Source: an uncultured Acholeplasmatales bacterium
GTDB taxonomy: Bacteria; Bacillota_I; Bacilli_A; Acholeplasmatales; Anaeroplasmataceae
Direction: 5' to 3'
NCBI GenBank assembly: GCA_944323055.1
Contig: CALUQZ010000005.1
Span: 2,568-66,567, forward strand
DNA: 64,000 nt
This document shows positions 19,872-29,195 of this stretch, one piece after another; the first letter of the stretch is position 1, and every line of letters starts with the position of its first letter. Made by a program: the position numbers and the translations under genes. The notes below the pieces were generated by a model. That model was not told where the DNA came from. It ran no database searches and worked only from the letters and a program-made list of their open reading frames with translations.

Positions 19872-21068
19872 TTATTCACCGCCATAAACTAATTTTCCAT
19901 TTACGAATGTGTATTTACAAAAACCATATAATTCTTTTCCAATAAAAGGAGAATTCTTACCCTTAGATAAGATTTCTTCTTCTTGATATATATGACTATT
20001 AAATATATCAAAACATGCTATATCAGCAATTTCCCCAACTTCAAGATTAACATAACTTAATCCCATAAGTTTTCGAGGATTATCAATTAACCACTTTTTA
20101 AAATCACTAAAACTAGCTTTCTTTGTCTTTATTAGATTAGTATAAACTAATGGTACTAAGGTTTCTAAACCAATTATTCCATTTAAAGCATTCTCATATG
20201 GTAAAGACTTATCAGCCTTAGTGTGAGGAGCGTGATCAGTAGCTATAATTGTAGCAACCCCACTTAGTAAAGCTTCTTGAGTAGCTAACATATCTTCATA
20301 ACTTCTTAATGGTGGATTCATTTTAAAATTAGGATCATTATTAATTAAACTATCATTTAAAAATAAATGATGAGGTGTCACTTCACAAGTAACCATTAAT
20401 TTAGCTTCTTGTGCTTCTTTAATATGTTTAAAACTTTCTTTAGTAGAAATATGACAAAAATGATATTTAACATTTGTTTTTTTAACTAAAAGCAATTCTT
20501 TTCTTACTGCTTCTGATTCAGATAAATTAGAGGTAGGTAAATAGTTATAATCTTCAGCATGTGAACAAATAACTCTATTGTTTTCCTTAACTAATTCCAT
20601 ACCTCTTTCAAGCAGTTCTAAATCTTTAAAACCAACACCATCATCTGAAAATGCTAAGACATGCTTACTTAATTCTTTTATATCGCTTAGCTCTTTACTT
20701 TTTTCTTCTCTAGTCAAACAAGCTATAGGATAAACATTAACAACTGCATCTCTTTTAATAATATGTTCTTCAACCTCTAAATTAGCTATAGAATCAGGAT
20801 AAGGCTTTAAATTTGGCATTGCAAAGACGCTAGTAACGCCACCCTTAGCTGCAGATTTAGTTCCTGACAAAATAGTTTCTTTATTTGTAAATCCTGGTTC
20901 CCTCAAGTGAACATGTACATCACATATTCCCGGAGTAATAAGCAAGTCTTTACAATTAATAATTTGCGGATTTTCTACATAATCTACTATTTTACCATCT
21001 TTAATATATATATCTTTTTTAACTAACTCTTCATTTAAAATAACATAGCCATTAACTAATTTATACAT
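19872..21068 (-). CDS. pyrC: Dihydroorotase
   Basis: 398 aa with CDVHVHLREPG metal-binding motif and TDHAPH. Confidence 0.93.
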   Translation of the reverse strand: MYKLVNGYVILNEELVKKDIYIKDGKIVDYVENPQIINCKDLLITPGICDVHVHLREPGFTNKETILSGTKSAAKGGVTSVFAMPNLKPYPDSIANLEVEEHIIKRDAVVNVYPIACLTREEKSKELSDIKELSKHVLAFSDDGVGFKDLELLERGMELVKENNRVICSHAEDYNYLPTSNLSESEAVRKELLLVKKTNVKYHFCHISTKESFKHIKEAQEAKLMVTCEVTPHHLFLNDSLINNDPNFKMNPPLRSYEDMLATQEALLSGVATIIATDHAPHTKADKSLPYENALNGIIGLETLVPLVYTNLIKTKKASFSDFKKWLIDNPRKLMGLSYVNLEVGEIADIACFDIFNSHIYQEEEILSKGKNSPFIGKELYGFCKYTFVNGKLVYGGE

Positions 21069-21940
21069 TATAATTCTCCATCTAAAACCATTGATATAAC
21101 AGCCATTCTAACATAAACGCCATTAGTCATTTGTTTATAAATACGTGATTTTTGACATTCAACAACATCATCAGCTATCTCAATATTGCGGTTAACAGGA
21201 GCCGGATGCATAATAATAGCTTTATCTTTCATTTTTAATACTCTGTCCATATTAAGACCATATCTATTAAAATACTCTTTTTCTGTTAACTGCATTTTAG
21301 CTTGATGTCTTTCAAATTGTACTCTTAACATCATAATTACATCACATGTTTTAATAGCCTCATCAAAATCTAAGTGTTTTGCACTACCATCATTAAATTC
21401 TTCAGGACCAGCTATATACACATCCATACCCAATCTAGTCATAACATCAATATTTCCATGAGCAACTCTAGAATGAGATATATCACCAATCATACAAACT
21501 TTTAAACCTTCAAAATGACCAAACTCTTCATAAATAGTCATTAAATCTAATAAACATTGAGTAGGGTGATTACTAGCACCATCACCACCATTAAAAATTG
21601 GCATTTTAATATTTTCTAATTCAGCAAAATAATTATCTACACTATGTCTAATAACAACCCCATCAAGTCCTAATGCTTCAAAAGTTCTTACTGTATCATA
21701 TAGTGTTTCACCTTTTTGAACAGATGATGCTTTAGCATTAAAACTTATAACATCAATTCCTAAATTGAGCATAGCTGTTTGAAAGCTATATTGTGTTCTC
21801 GTTGAATTCTCAAAAAAAAGAGTGGCCATTTTCTTACCTACGTAATTTTTAGAAAAACCACCCTTCAATTTTAAAGCATAATTAATTATTTCTTGTATTT
21901 TATTTACTGATAAGTCATGTAAAGTCAATAAACCACGCAT
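21068..21940 (-). CDS. pyrB: Aspartate carbamoyltransferase catalytic subunit
   Basis: STRTQYSF and HPTQ motifs. I prefer the start at MRGLLTLHDL (21940) with SD AGGTGA upstream. Confidence 0.93.
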   Translation of the reverse strand: MRGLLTLHDLSVNKIQEIINYALKLKGGFSKNYVGKKMATLFFENSTRTQYSFQTAMLNLGIDVISFNAKASSVQKGETLYDTVRTFEALGLDGVVIRHSVDNYFAELENIKMPIFNGGDGASNHPTQCLLDLMTIYEEFGHFEGLKVCMIGDISHSRVAHGNIDVMTRLGMDVYIAGPEEFNDGSAKHLDFDEAIKTCDVIMMLRVQFERHQAKMQLTEKEYFNRYGLNMDRVLKMKDKAIIMHPAPVNRNIEIADDVVECQKSRIYKQMTNGVYVRMAVISMVLDGEL

Positions 21941-21985
21941 AATGTCACCTAGTATAATTATTAAATTATACTTAACCCTTTCCAT

Positions 21986-22016
21986 AAAAAAATAGTCTTT
22001 TAAGACTAAAAGACTA
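21986..22016 (-). terminator. Attenuator terminator in the pyr leader
   Basis: Minus strand TAGTCTTTTA-GTCT-TAAAAGACTA (perfect 10-bp stem) followed by T7. Lies between the promoter and the pyrB start. Confidence 0.8.
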
Positions 22017-22066
22017 CAAATTGTTATTTTCTTATTAGTCTCAAGGGACTTTTTAGAACCTATTTA

Positions 22067-22095
22067 ATAATAGCATATCTACTATTTATTTACAA
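22067..22095 (-). promoter_or_regulatory. Candidate sigma-A promoter of the pyr operon
   Basis: Minus strand TTGTAA (22095-22090), 17 nt spacer, TATTAT (22072-22067). Confidence 0.5.
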
Positions 22096-22137
22096 GAACT
22101 ATTTTTAGTGAAAGCACTTTAAGAAAATAAAACATTT

Positions 22138-23016
22138 TTATTTAACTAAATAATAAGCACCATACATTCCCGCATCATTACCTAAACTAGCTAATATAAT
22201 ATCTGTATTTACTACACTCTGACAAGCATATTTAGTAAAATTTCTTTTAATAGCATTTAGTAAAAAATCACCAGCTTTACTAATTCCGCCACCTATTATA
22301 ATAGTTTTAGGATTTAATAATATTGCAGTATTAGCTAAAGCTAAGCCTAGTTTATCAGTAAATACTTCAAAAACTTTAAAAGCTAATTCATCATTTACTC
22401 TAGCTAAATCAAAAACATCTCTAACTGTATAATCTAATTCTAATTTAGTATTTAATTTATTCTTATAATAATTAACTAAATTAATTACACCTTTTTGACC
22501 GCAAACTGTTTCTAAACAACCAACTTGACCACAACCGCATCTAAAATTATAAAAATCATCAACATGCATATGACCAATTTCCATAAAGGCTCCATTAAAG
22601 CCTTCAAAGACTTTACCATCAACAATATACCCGCCACCTACACCAGTACCTAAAGTAATAAAAACAATGTTATCTAACTTATTATAAATAGCTTCACCTA
22701 AAGCATGACAATTAGCATCATTTATAACTTTTACTTTAGTATCTATATGCTTTAAAAAAGCTTGTTTTAAATTAATACCATCTAAAAAATGTAAGTTAGG
22801 TGATGTTATAACTTGATCATTCACAATAAAACCCGGACAGTCAAGCCCAATTCCTAAAACATTATCGTCATTAGCCTTTATTGAATTAATGATATTTAAT
22901 ACCATTTCATCAACTGTATTAACTCGCATATCAATAATCCAAGACTTTATCAATTTATCATCTTTGAAACAACCAATTTTAGCTGTTGTTCCACCTATAT
23001 CTATACCATAATACAT
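22138..23016 (-). CDS. glk: ROK family glucokinase
   Basis: 292 aa. N-terminal GIDIGGT, GTGVGGG and the zinc motif CGCGQVGCLE. Confidence 0.85.
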   Translation of the reverse strand: MYYGIDIGGTTAKIGCFKDDKLIKSWIIDMRVNTVDEMVLNIINSIKANDDNVLGIGLDCPGFIVNDQVITSPNLHFLDGINLKQAFLKHIDTKVKVINDANCHALGEAIYNKLDNIVFITLGTGVGGGYIVDGKVFEGFNGAFMEIGHMHVDDFYNFRCGCGQVGCLETVCGQKGVINLVNYYKNKLNTKLELDYTVRDVFDLARVNDELAFKVFEVFTDKLGLALANTAILLNPKTIIIGGGISKAGDFLLNAIKRNFTKYACQSVVNTDIILASLGNDAGMYGAYYLVK

Positions 23017-23032
23017 TTTAAAAACCTCACGT

Positions 23033-23064
23033 AAATAAAAGCGACATTACAAAAGTAATATCGC
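23033..23064 (-). terminator. Rho-independent terminator after the LemA gene
   Basis: Minus strand GCGATATTAC-TTTT-GTAATGTCGC followed by TTTTATTT. Confidence 0.6.
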
Positions 23065-23071
23065 CTATAAA

Positions 23072-23740
23072 CTAGAAGAATACTCCTCTAGCTTGTTCCT
23101 TAACTTCAGCTGAAGCTGCAAATGGAATTCTAGTTGTATAACCTTGTTTAGCAGCTACAATCATCTTTGTAGGCCATTCTTGAATAGCGCTATTCCAAGT
23201 ATATACAGTATCGTTATATAATTCACGAGCTGCTGTTATTTCTTTTTGTAAATAACTATTTTGACGTAAACATTCATTAATCTCATCATGTGCCTTTAAA
23301 TTAGGATATTGTTCAAAAGCTACATTAACTTGACCAAATAAACGATCAATATTTTGAGAAGTTTCATTACGTAAATTATCATCAGATGCATGATTACCGC
23401 TTCTATATTGAGCTATTTTAGTCATAGTATCCTTATCTAAATCAATAGCCTTGTCTAATAAACGGGCAGCATTTTGCAAAATAACTACTCTTTGTTCAAG
23501 ATAATTATCAATTTGAGAAGCATCATGTTGAATTTTTTGTTGTAATTTACGAAGATATTCTTTAGCTTTAATCTTCATAAAAAGGAAAACTAAACCTGGA
23601 ATAATAGCTAAAACCCAAAGAATAACTTCAAAAAATGTAGAACCCCAACCTACCTTAACGGGAATTTGTTTTTGAATGACATTGACATCTCTACCTTCTT
23701 GTGATACAGGACCAGTCATTTCATCTAATTCATTTGCCAT
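23072..23740 (-). CDS. LemA family protein
   Basis: 222 aa with one N-terminal TM (FFEVILWVLAIIPGLVFLF). Contains LemA-type segments (NLKAHD..., RELYNDTVYTWN, FPT..IA). Confidence 0.8.
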   Translation of the reverse strand: MANELDEMTGPVSQEGRDVNVIQKQIPVKVGWGSTFFEVILWVLAIIPGLVFLFMKIKAKEYLRKLQQKIQHDASQIDNYLEQRVVILQNAARLLDKAIDLDKDTMTKIAQYRSGNHASDDNLRNETSQNIDRLFGQVNVAFEQYPNLKAHDEINECLRQNSYLQKEITAARELYNDTVYTWNSAIQEWPTKMIVAAKQGYTTRIPFAASAEVKEQARGVFF

Positions 23741-23758
23741 ATTTTTTCCTCCTAAAGT

Positions 23759-25573
23759 TTATAATTTATTATAAAACATATTTATATAATTTGCAAATGC
23801 ATTATCCTTATTTTCATCATAATCATCATTAGCTTTAATACTTACAAAATTATGATAACGATAATTCGTTTCTTTAAATGGCGTATTAGTATCACTACTC
23901 TTATTACCACTAATCTTACTAATAGCAACTAAAGAATCAGCTACTAAAGGATCATATCTAAACCAATTAACTTTTACATCATATACACGACCATTACGAC
24001 AAGCTACTGGTATATAAGTAACTTGTGGTACGCGTTTATAAGAATGAGACGTTACTTTAAATAAATCTGAATTACTATAATGTTTAACTCGCGAAACTTT
24101 TAATATTTGTTCAGTATCAGTATCTTTATGTCTAAACAAATTACGATCCATATGATTGATAAAGGCTTCAGCTTCTGATGTATCTATTATCTTATCTAAA
24201 ATATTACCATCATATAAAGGAGCTTCATGCATTTGATATAAAGGAACTGCTAAAATAGGGGCTAAATCAAAATATAAAGAATAGAAAGCTTCATTCATAT
24301 CGGTAATATAAGAACTTTTCAATTCTTCATAATCATAATAAGCATTAAACTTAGTGTAATCAAAACTAATAATTCTTTGACTATGATTAGATAAAATAAA
24401 ATTTAACTTTTTCTTTTTAACAAAAGAGAAATCATCGCCATAAGTATCTGTAGCAGTCATTAGTTCAACCATATTTTGTTGAGCTAATGGGGTAAATAAC
24501 AATCTAAATTCTGTTTCATTATCTCTGTCAATAGCATAAAATAACGCATCAAAATTATTATTAGCTAAAGCAGTAAAGTTTTTGCCTTTTTCAACCGCTT
24601 TTTCAGCATATTCTTCAATCTTTTTAGTTCTTTTTTCTACTAATTTTTCTACATCCTTTTCATCATGTTCTAAAGGTAATCCAGAAGGATATCTACTAAA
24701 GTTCAAATTAGGAGCTGCCGCATTGCCATAAATAATTACCGAATAATTACTATACATCGGAGCCTTTGCTGTATATGAAGCTACTAATGTTTCAGATTGA
24801 TGAACAATTCTAGTACCACCCTTACCATCAGATACTCTTTCTGTCCAAGTAACTACTCTACTACCTGTATATACTTTATCAACTAATTGACCTTTATTTA
24901 ATAATACTCTTAAAAATGGATTTGTATCAATTAAACCAGAATAAACATCACATACAGACTCACTATCACCAAAATCTAAATTTAAATTATAGGTTTCTTC
25001 TAAAGTCCTAACTTTCTTTAAATCAACTTCATAATCAAGCTTAATACTTGTATCTAAATTATTAACAAAATCAACATATTGTTTAAAATTTAAAGATTTT
25101 CTTAAGCTATCTAAAGTGTTCCAAGCCTTATTTTTCATATCATTATATTCAGCTAAAGCTTTATCTACTACTTTATCAGCTTCTTTTATCTTTTTTCTTA
25201 AAACAAAAAAGATGATAATAAAACTAGCTATAGCTAATAAAGCACCAATAATTAGACATAATAAATAACTTAAGCCATCTTCCCCTAAATAGATATTATA
25301 TCCACCAAAAATAGCTACGATAATAGAAACAATTAATAAGACAATTAAGAACGTATTAATTCCTTTATAAATACTGCGTCTAGACTTATGTTCATTTAAT
25401 TTAGATTCTAAATCTTTCGTTTTCTTACTTAAATCTTTATTTAAATTAATATCAACATTGCTTTCTTTTGTCAACTTATCAATTAATTCTTGTGATCCTA
25501 AATTGACTTCTTCTTTTAAATTTTTCTTATAATAGTCATACGGATCAAACTCTAAACCACTCGTCATTTTCAT
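23759..25573 (-). CDS. Hypothetical membrane protein (two TM helices about aa 70-125, large uncharacterised C-terminal domain)
   Basis: 604-aa ORF. Has a 4-nt overlap (ATGA) with the upstream ThiF-like gene and lies 18 nt upstream of LemA. I recognise no catalytic motif. Confidence 0.7.
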   Translation of the reverse strand: MKMTSGLEFDPYDYYKKNLKEEVNLGSQELIDKLTKESNVDINLNKDLSKKTKDLESKLNEHKSRRSIYKGINTFLIVLLIVSIIVAIFGGYNIYLGEDGLSYLLCLIIGALLAIASFIIIFFVLRKKIKEADKVVDKALAEYNDMKNKAWNTLDSLRKSLNFKQYVDFVNNLDTSIKLDYEVDLKKVRTLEETYNLNLDFGDSESVCDVYSGLIDTNPFLRVLLNKGQLVDKVYTGSRVVTWTERVSDGKGGTRIVHQSETLVASYTAKAPMYSNYSVIIYGNAAAPNLNFSRYPSGLPLEHDEKDVEKLVEKRTKKIEEYAEKAVEKGKNFTALANNNFDALFYAIDRDNETEFRLLFTPLAQQNMVELMTATDTYGDDFSFVKKKKLNFILSNHSQRIISFDYTKFNAYYDYEELKSSYITDMNEAFYSLYFDLAPILAVPLYQMHEAPLYDGNILDKIIDTSEAEAFINHMDRNLFRHKDTDTEQILKVSRVKHYSNSDLFKVTSHSYKRVPQVTYIPVACRNGRVYDVKVNWFRYDPLVADSLVAISKISGNKSSDTNTPFKETNYRYHNFVSIKANDDYDENKDNAFANYINMFYNKL

Positions 25574-26250
25574 TTCTTATTCCCTCCGATAATATCTAAT
25601 ATAACCCATCTTGCAATTAAAATGCCAGCTGTACTAGGACAAAAAGCTATACTAGGAATTGTACTTATTTTTTTAACTATTGTTTCTTCTTCACTATATA
25701 AAACCACGACATCAGTAATACCTAAATCCTTTAATTTTTTACGCATAACTTTAGCTAAAGGACATACTTTAGTATTTTTAATTAAATCTATTTTAAATTT
25801 AGTAGGATCTAGCTTATTTCCTGTTCCCATTGAACTTATAATTTTAATATTGTTATTAACAGCTTTTAAAATAATCATTATTTTAGCTTTAACATCATCA
25901 ATACAATCAATATAATAATCATAATCTGTTTCTATCTTATTTATACTATTTTCATCTATCTTAAAATTATACTTATTTATAATAACTTCACTATTAATAT
26001 CTTTTAATCTTTTTTCCATTACATCAGTCTTATAAAAACCAATAGTAGAATCTAAAGCTATAATTTGTCTATTCTTATTACTTAAACTAACAACATCAAA
26101 ATCACAAATACCAATATTTTTAATTCCACTTCTAACTAACATTTCACAAACATAACCACCAACCCCACCAAGACCAAAGACTAAAACTTTTTTAGTCTGT
26201 AGGAGTTTAAATAATTCATCACCTATTAATGCGATTGTTCTTCTAAACAT
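25570..26250 (-). CDS. tcdA: ThiF/HesA family E1-like protein, probable tRNA threonylcarbamoyladenosine dehydratase
   Basis: 226 aa. Rossmann motif VLVFGLGGVGGY and NRQ motif (SNKNRQI). Small TcdA-like size. Confidence 0.7.
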   Translation of the reverse strand: MFRRTIALIGDELFKLLQTKKVLVFGLGGVGGYVCEMLVRSGIKNIGICDFDVVSLSNKNRQIIALDSTIGFYKTDVMEKRLKDINSEVIINKYNFKIDENSINKIETDYDYYIDCIDDVKAKIMIILKAVNNNIKIISSMGTGNKLDPTKFKIDLIKNTKVCPLAKVMRKKLKDLGITDVVVLYSEEETIVKKISTIPSIAFCPSTAGILIARWVILDIIGGNKK

Positions 26251-27074
26251 TTCTTTTTTCTCTTTTCATAAATAGTCTTAAAATCATAATAGGTTCTTTC
26301 ATAACTATAACCTAACATTGTGTCTAAATTAATATTAGACATTGATTCAAATAGATTATTAGGAATTAAAGGATTAACTTTCTTTAATTCTTTAATTAAT
26401 TCTTTAACTTCTTTTCTTTTAGAATCAAAATTATTACTAGAATCACTAAACTTACAAGCACAATTAATAAAAGTTAATTCATTATATTTAACCCAATTAA
26501 TTATATCTTGTTCATGTACTAAATAAAGTGGTCTTATTAATTCTAAACCTTTATAATTATCACTAACTAATTTAGGTGGCATCGTTTGAATCTTACCATT
26601 ATAAAACATACCCATTAATAATGTCTCAATCGCATCATCAAAATGATGACCTAAAGCTATTTTGTTACACTTTAATCTTTCCGCTTGTTTATATAAAAAA
26701 CCTCTACGCATTCTAGCACATAAAAAGCAAGGCTTACCCCCTTTTAAATCTGCTATAGCAAAAATATCTGAGTTAACTATTTCTGCCTTTACATTTAAAA
26801 GTTGTAAATTAAATTCAATCTTTTCTCTCACTTCTTTTTTATAGCCAGGATCCATAACTAAACAAGTAAATTTAAAAGGAAAATCACTATGTTTATGCAA
26901 CTCTTCAAATAATTTGGCTAATAAAAATGAATCCTTACCACCTGACATACAAACTAAAATATGGTCATTTTCTTCTAATAACTGATACATTTTTAAAGCT
27001 CTTATAAAAGGTCCCCATATTTTTTTACGATAGGTAGTAATAATACTTCTTTCAACTAATTGATATTTATCCAT
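26226..27074 (-). CDS. PP-loop ATPase of the TtcA family (tRNA 2-thiolation-like)
   Basis: 282 aa with PP-loop CMSGGKDS, CFLCARMRRG and a second Cys cluster NCACKF. Confidence 0.75.
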   Translation of the reverse strand: MDKYQLVERSIITTYRKKIWGPFIRALKMYQLLEENDHILVCMSGGKDSFLLAKLFEELHKHSDFPFKFTCLVMDPGYKKEVREKIEFNLQLLNVKAEIVNSDIFAIADLKGGKPCFLCARMRRGFLYKQAERLKCNKIALGHHFDDAIETLLMGMFYNGKIQTMPPKLVSDNYKGLELIRPLYLVHEQDIINWVKYNELTFINCACKFSDSSNNFDSKRKEVKELIKELKKVNPLIPNNLFESMSNINLDTMLGYSYERTYYDFKTIYEKRKKKCLEEQSH

Positions 27075-27081
27075 TATAATC

Positions 27082-28845
27082 CTATGCCAAATTCAAAATA
27101 TGTTCTAATCTATCAACTAATTCCTCTAATCTATTTACAACCGCCATAAAAGGTTCTTTAGTAGTAAGATCAACATTAGCCTTTTTAACTAAATTTACTG
27201 GGTAATCTGAACCACCAGCTTTTAATAAACGTAAATAATCATCTAAAGCATTCTTCTCATTATTTTTTACTTTTTGATAGATAGCTTGACTAGCTGCGTA
27301 ACTAGTAGCGTATTGATAAACATAAAATGGTGAATTGAATAAATGTGGAATATAAGCCCATACATATTCTTTATATTTTTCTTCCGTCAAATCAATACCA
27401 TAATAAGTTTGATACAAATCTTTCATTATTTGACTCAAATTACTATAAGTAATAGGTTTATTAGCTTCTACTAAATTATGAGCTTGATATTCAAAATCAG
27501 CAAATAAAGCTTGACGATAAAAAGTAGATAAAATATTATCAATTTCTTGTTGTAATAAAACAATCTTAGTATCATCATCTAAATCTTTAGATAATAAATA
27601 ATCTAACAATAATGATTCATTAAATGTTGACGCTATTTCTGCCACAAAGATAACATAATTACTTGTAGCATAAGGTTGGTTTTCATTAGCAAACATCGTA
27701 TGCATAGAATGACCAGCTTCATGAGCTAAAGTGAAAACAGAATCTAAATTACCTGTATGATTTAACATAATAAAAGTGCCTTTTTCATATGAACCAGTAG
27801 AAAAAGCTCCACTTCTTTTGCCATCACTAGGTAAAACATCAACACGTCCTTCTTCAAGAACTAAATGAGCCTTTTTTTCAAATTCACCACCTATTTTTTT
27901 AACAGCTTTAAAGAATATCTCTTTAGCATCATCATAGCTATATTTATTATTAGTTTTCTTAAATTGTAAGAAACGATCATAAGTATGAATTTTAGCTAAA
28001 TTAAAATATTTTCTTCTTAATTCATAATATTTTTTAATAGGTGCTGTATTAGCTTTAGTCGTATTAATTAATGTTAAAAATACTTCTTTAGGTATATTAT
28101 TAATATCTAAATGACTCTCTAAAATAGAATTATAATTTCTATTTTTTACATTAGCATATTCACTTTGCATAATACCATTGTATATACTTGCAAATGTTTG
28201 TTTATGTTCTTCATAAAATTTAAATATAGCTTCAAAAACTTTTCTTCTATCATCTTGTGAAACTAAATCCTCTAAATAAGAACGATAATTAGAAGCATTT
28301 ACTTTAATCAAACTATTATCAGATAATAAAACTTCAACATCACTATTATCAGCTACTGATAATATTTGATGTAAACTATTAAATCCTCTTAATGCTTGAT
28401 TATAATTAGCTATTATTGATTCACTTTTCTCATCTAATATATGACTTGAATTCTTAAATAATTTATCAAAATAATATTCATATTTAGCTAATTTATCATT
28501 TTTTAAAGTCAAATTAGTAATATAGTCTCTACCTAAAGAAATTAATTCTGGTTCAGCAAAACTTAATAAATTAACAATATTAGAATAAGCAGTCATAACA
28601 TTGCTTTGTCTTTGTTGATTTAATAAATCTTTACTATTCTTAGAATAATTAAGATTAGCATAAATAAATAACTTTTCTAACTTTATCTCTAATTTATCAT
28701 TTAAACTTAAATACTTTTCTAAATAAGTTAATTCATGTAGTTTACCTTTAAAACTAGTCATATTTTTAGCATCATCAACTACACTTTTCAAGTCTTCATT
28801 AAACAATTCTTCTGTTTTATATATTTTCTTATAATCCCAATTCAT
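27082..28845 (-). CDS. pepF: Oligoendopeptidase F (M3B)
   Basis: 587 aa with HEAGHSMH zinc motif. Confidence 0.92.
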   Translation of the reverse strand: MNWDYKKIYKTEELFNEDLKSVVDDAKNMTSFKGKLHELTYLEKYLSLNDKLEIKLEKLFIYANLNYSKNSKDLLNQQRQSNVMTAYSNIVNLLSFAEPELISLGRDYITNLTLKNDKLAKYEYYFDKLFKNSSHILDEKSESIIANYNQALRGFNSLHQILSVADNSDVEVLLSDNSLIKVNASNYRSYLEDLVSQDDRRKVFEAIFKFYEEHKQTFASIYNGIMQSEYANVKNRNYNSILESHLDINNIPKEVFLTLINTTKANTAPIKKYYELRRKYFNLAKIHTYDRFLQFKKTNNKYSYDDAKEIFFKAVKKIGGEFEKKAHLVLEEGRVDVLPSDGKRSGAFSTGSYEKGTFIMLNHTGNLDSVFTLAHEAGHSMHTMFANENQPYATSNYVIFVAEIASTFNESLLLDYLLSKDLDDDTKIVLLQQEIDNILSTFYRQALFADFEYQAHNLVEANKPITYSNLSQIMKDLYQTYYGIDLTEEKYKEYVWAYIPHLFNSPFYVYQYATSYAASQAIYQKVKNNEKNALDDYLRLLKAGGSDYPVNLVKKANVDLTTKEPFMAVVNRLEELVDRLEHILNLA

Positions 28846-28881
28846 TTAAATTGTCGTATAATTAATTGTACTTTTAATCAT
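28846..28881 (-). CDS. Candidate 11-codon upstream ORF abutting pepF (MIKSTINYTTI)
   Basis: Strong SD AAAGGAG 4 nt before the ATG. Its TAA stop is immediately followed by the pepF ATG, which itself has no SD. Confidence 0.3.
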   Translation of the reverse strand: MIKSTINYTTI

Positions 28882-28994
28882 ACTACTCCTTTTTTTAAAT
28901 TTATATGTTATGAGTACAACATAACAACATAAGAAATTTACTTTCTTGATTAATTATAACATTTTTAGTTGTTAATATGAAATATTTTATCAAC

Positions 28995-29030
28995 AAAAAA
29001 AGCTTACTTTAAAACTATTATAAAGTAAGC
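28995..29030 (-). terminator. Orphan terminator-like hairpin in the pepF/tmcAL divergent region
   Basis: GCTTACTTTA (29002-29011) pairs with TAAAGTAAGC (29021-29030), 9-nt loop. A7 at 28995-29001 gives a T-run on the minus strand. Confidence 0.4.
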
Positions 29031-29195
29031 AAATTAAATTAATTATTATATGTATATCTATTTTTATTAACTATATGCATCATAAATACACTAAAAAATA
29101 CTAATGCATATAATAAAATGACTTGGATAGGATAATTTCTAAATAATGTATATATTTAATATGTTGTTTTTGTTATAATCTATTTGGTGATTTTA

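Noticed and set aside
14882-21985. Longer N-terminal extensions given by the ORF track for pyrK, carB, carA and pyrB (and likewise ylxM, ftsY, XRE, tmcAL, HAD)
   Set aside because: Internal ATG codons with proper SD spacing start at the conserved N-termini and remove implausible overlaps with the upstream gene. The longest-ORF starts lack an RBS.
25622-26844. Plus-strand ORFs of 97, 68 and 60 aa (25622-25915, 26320-26526, 26662-26844)
   Set aside because: All are antisense to the ThiF-like and PP-loop genes. Their translations are hydrophobic and low-complexity, typical of shadow frames.
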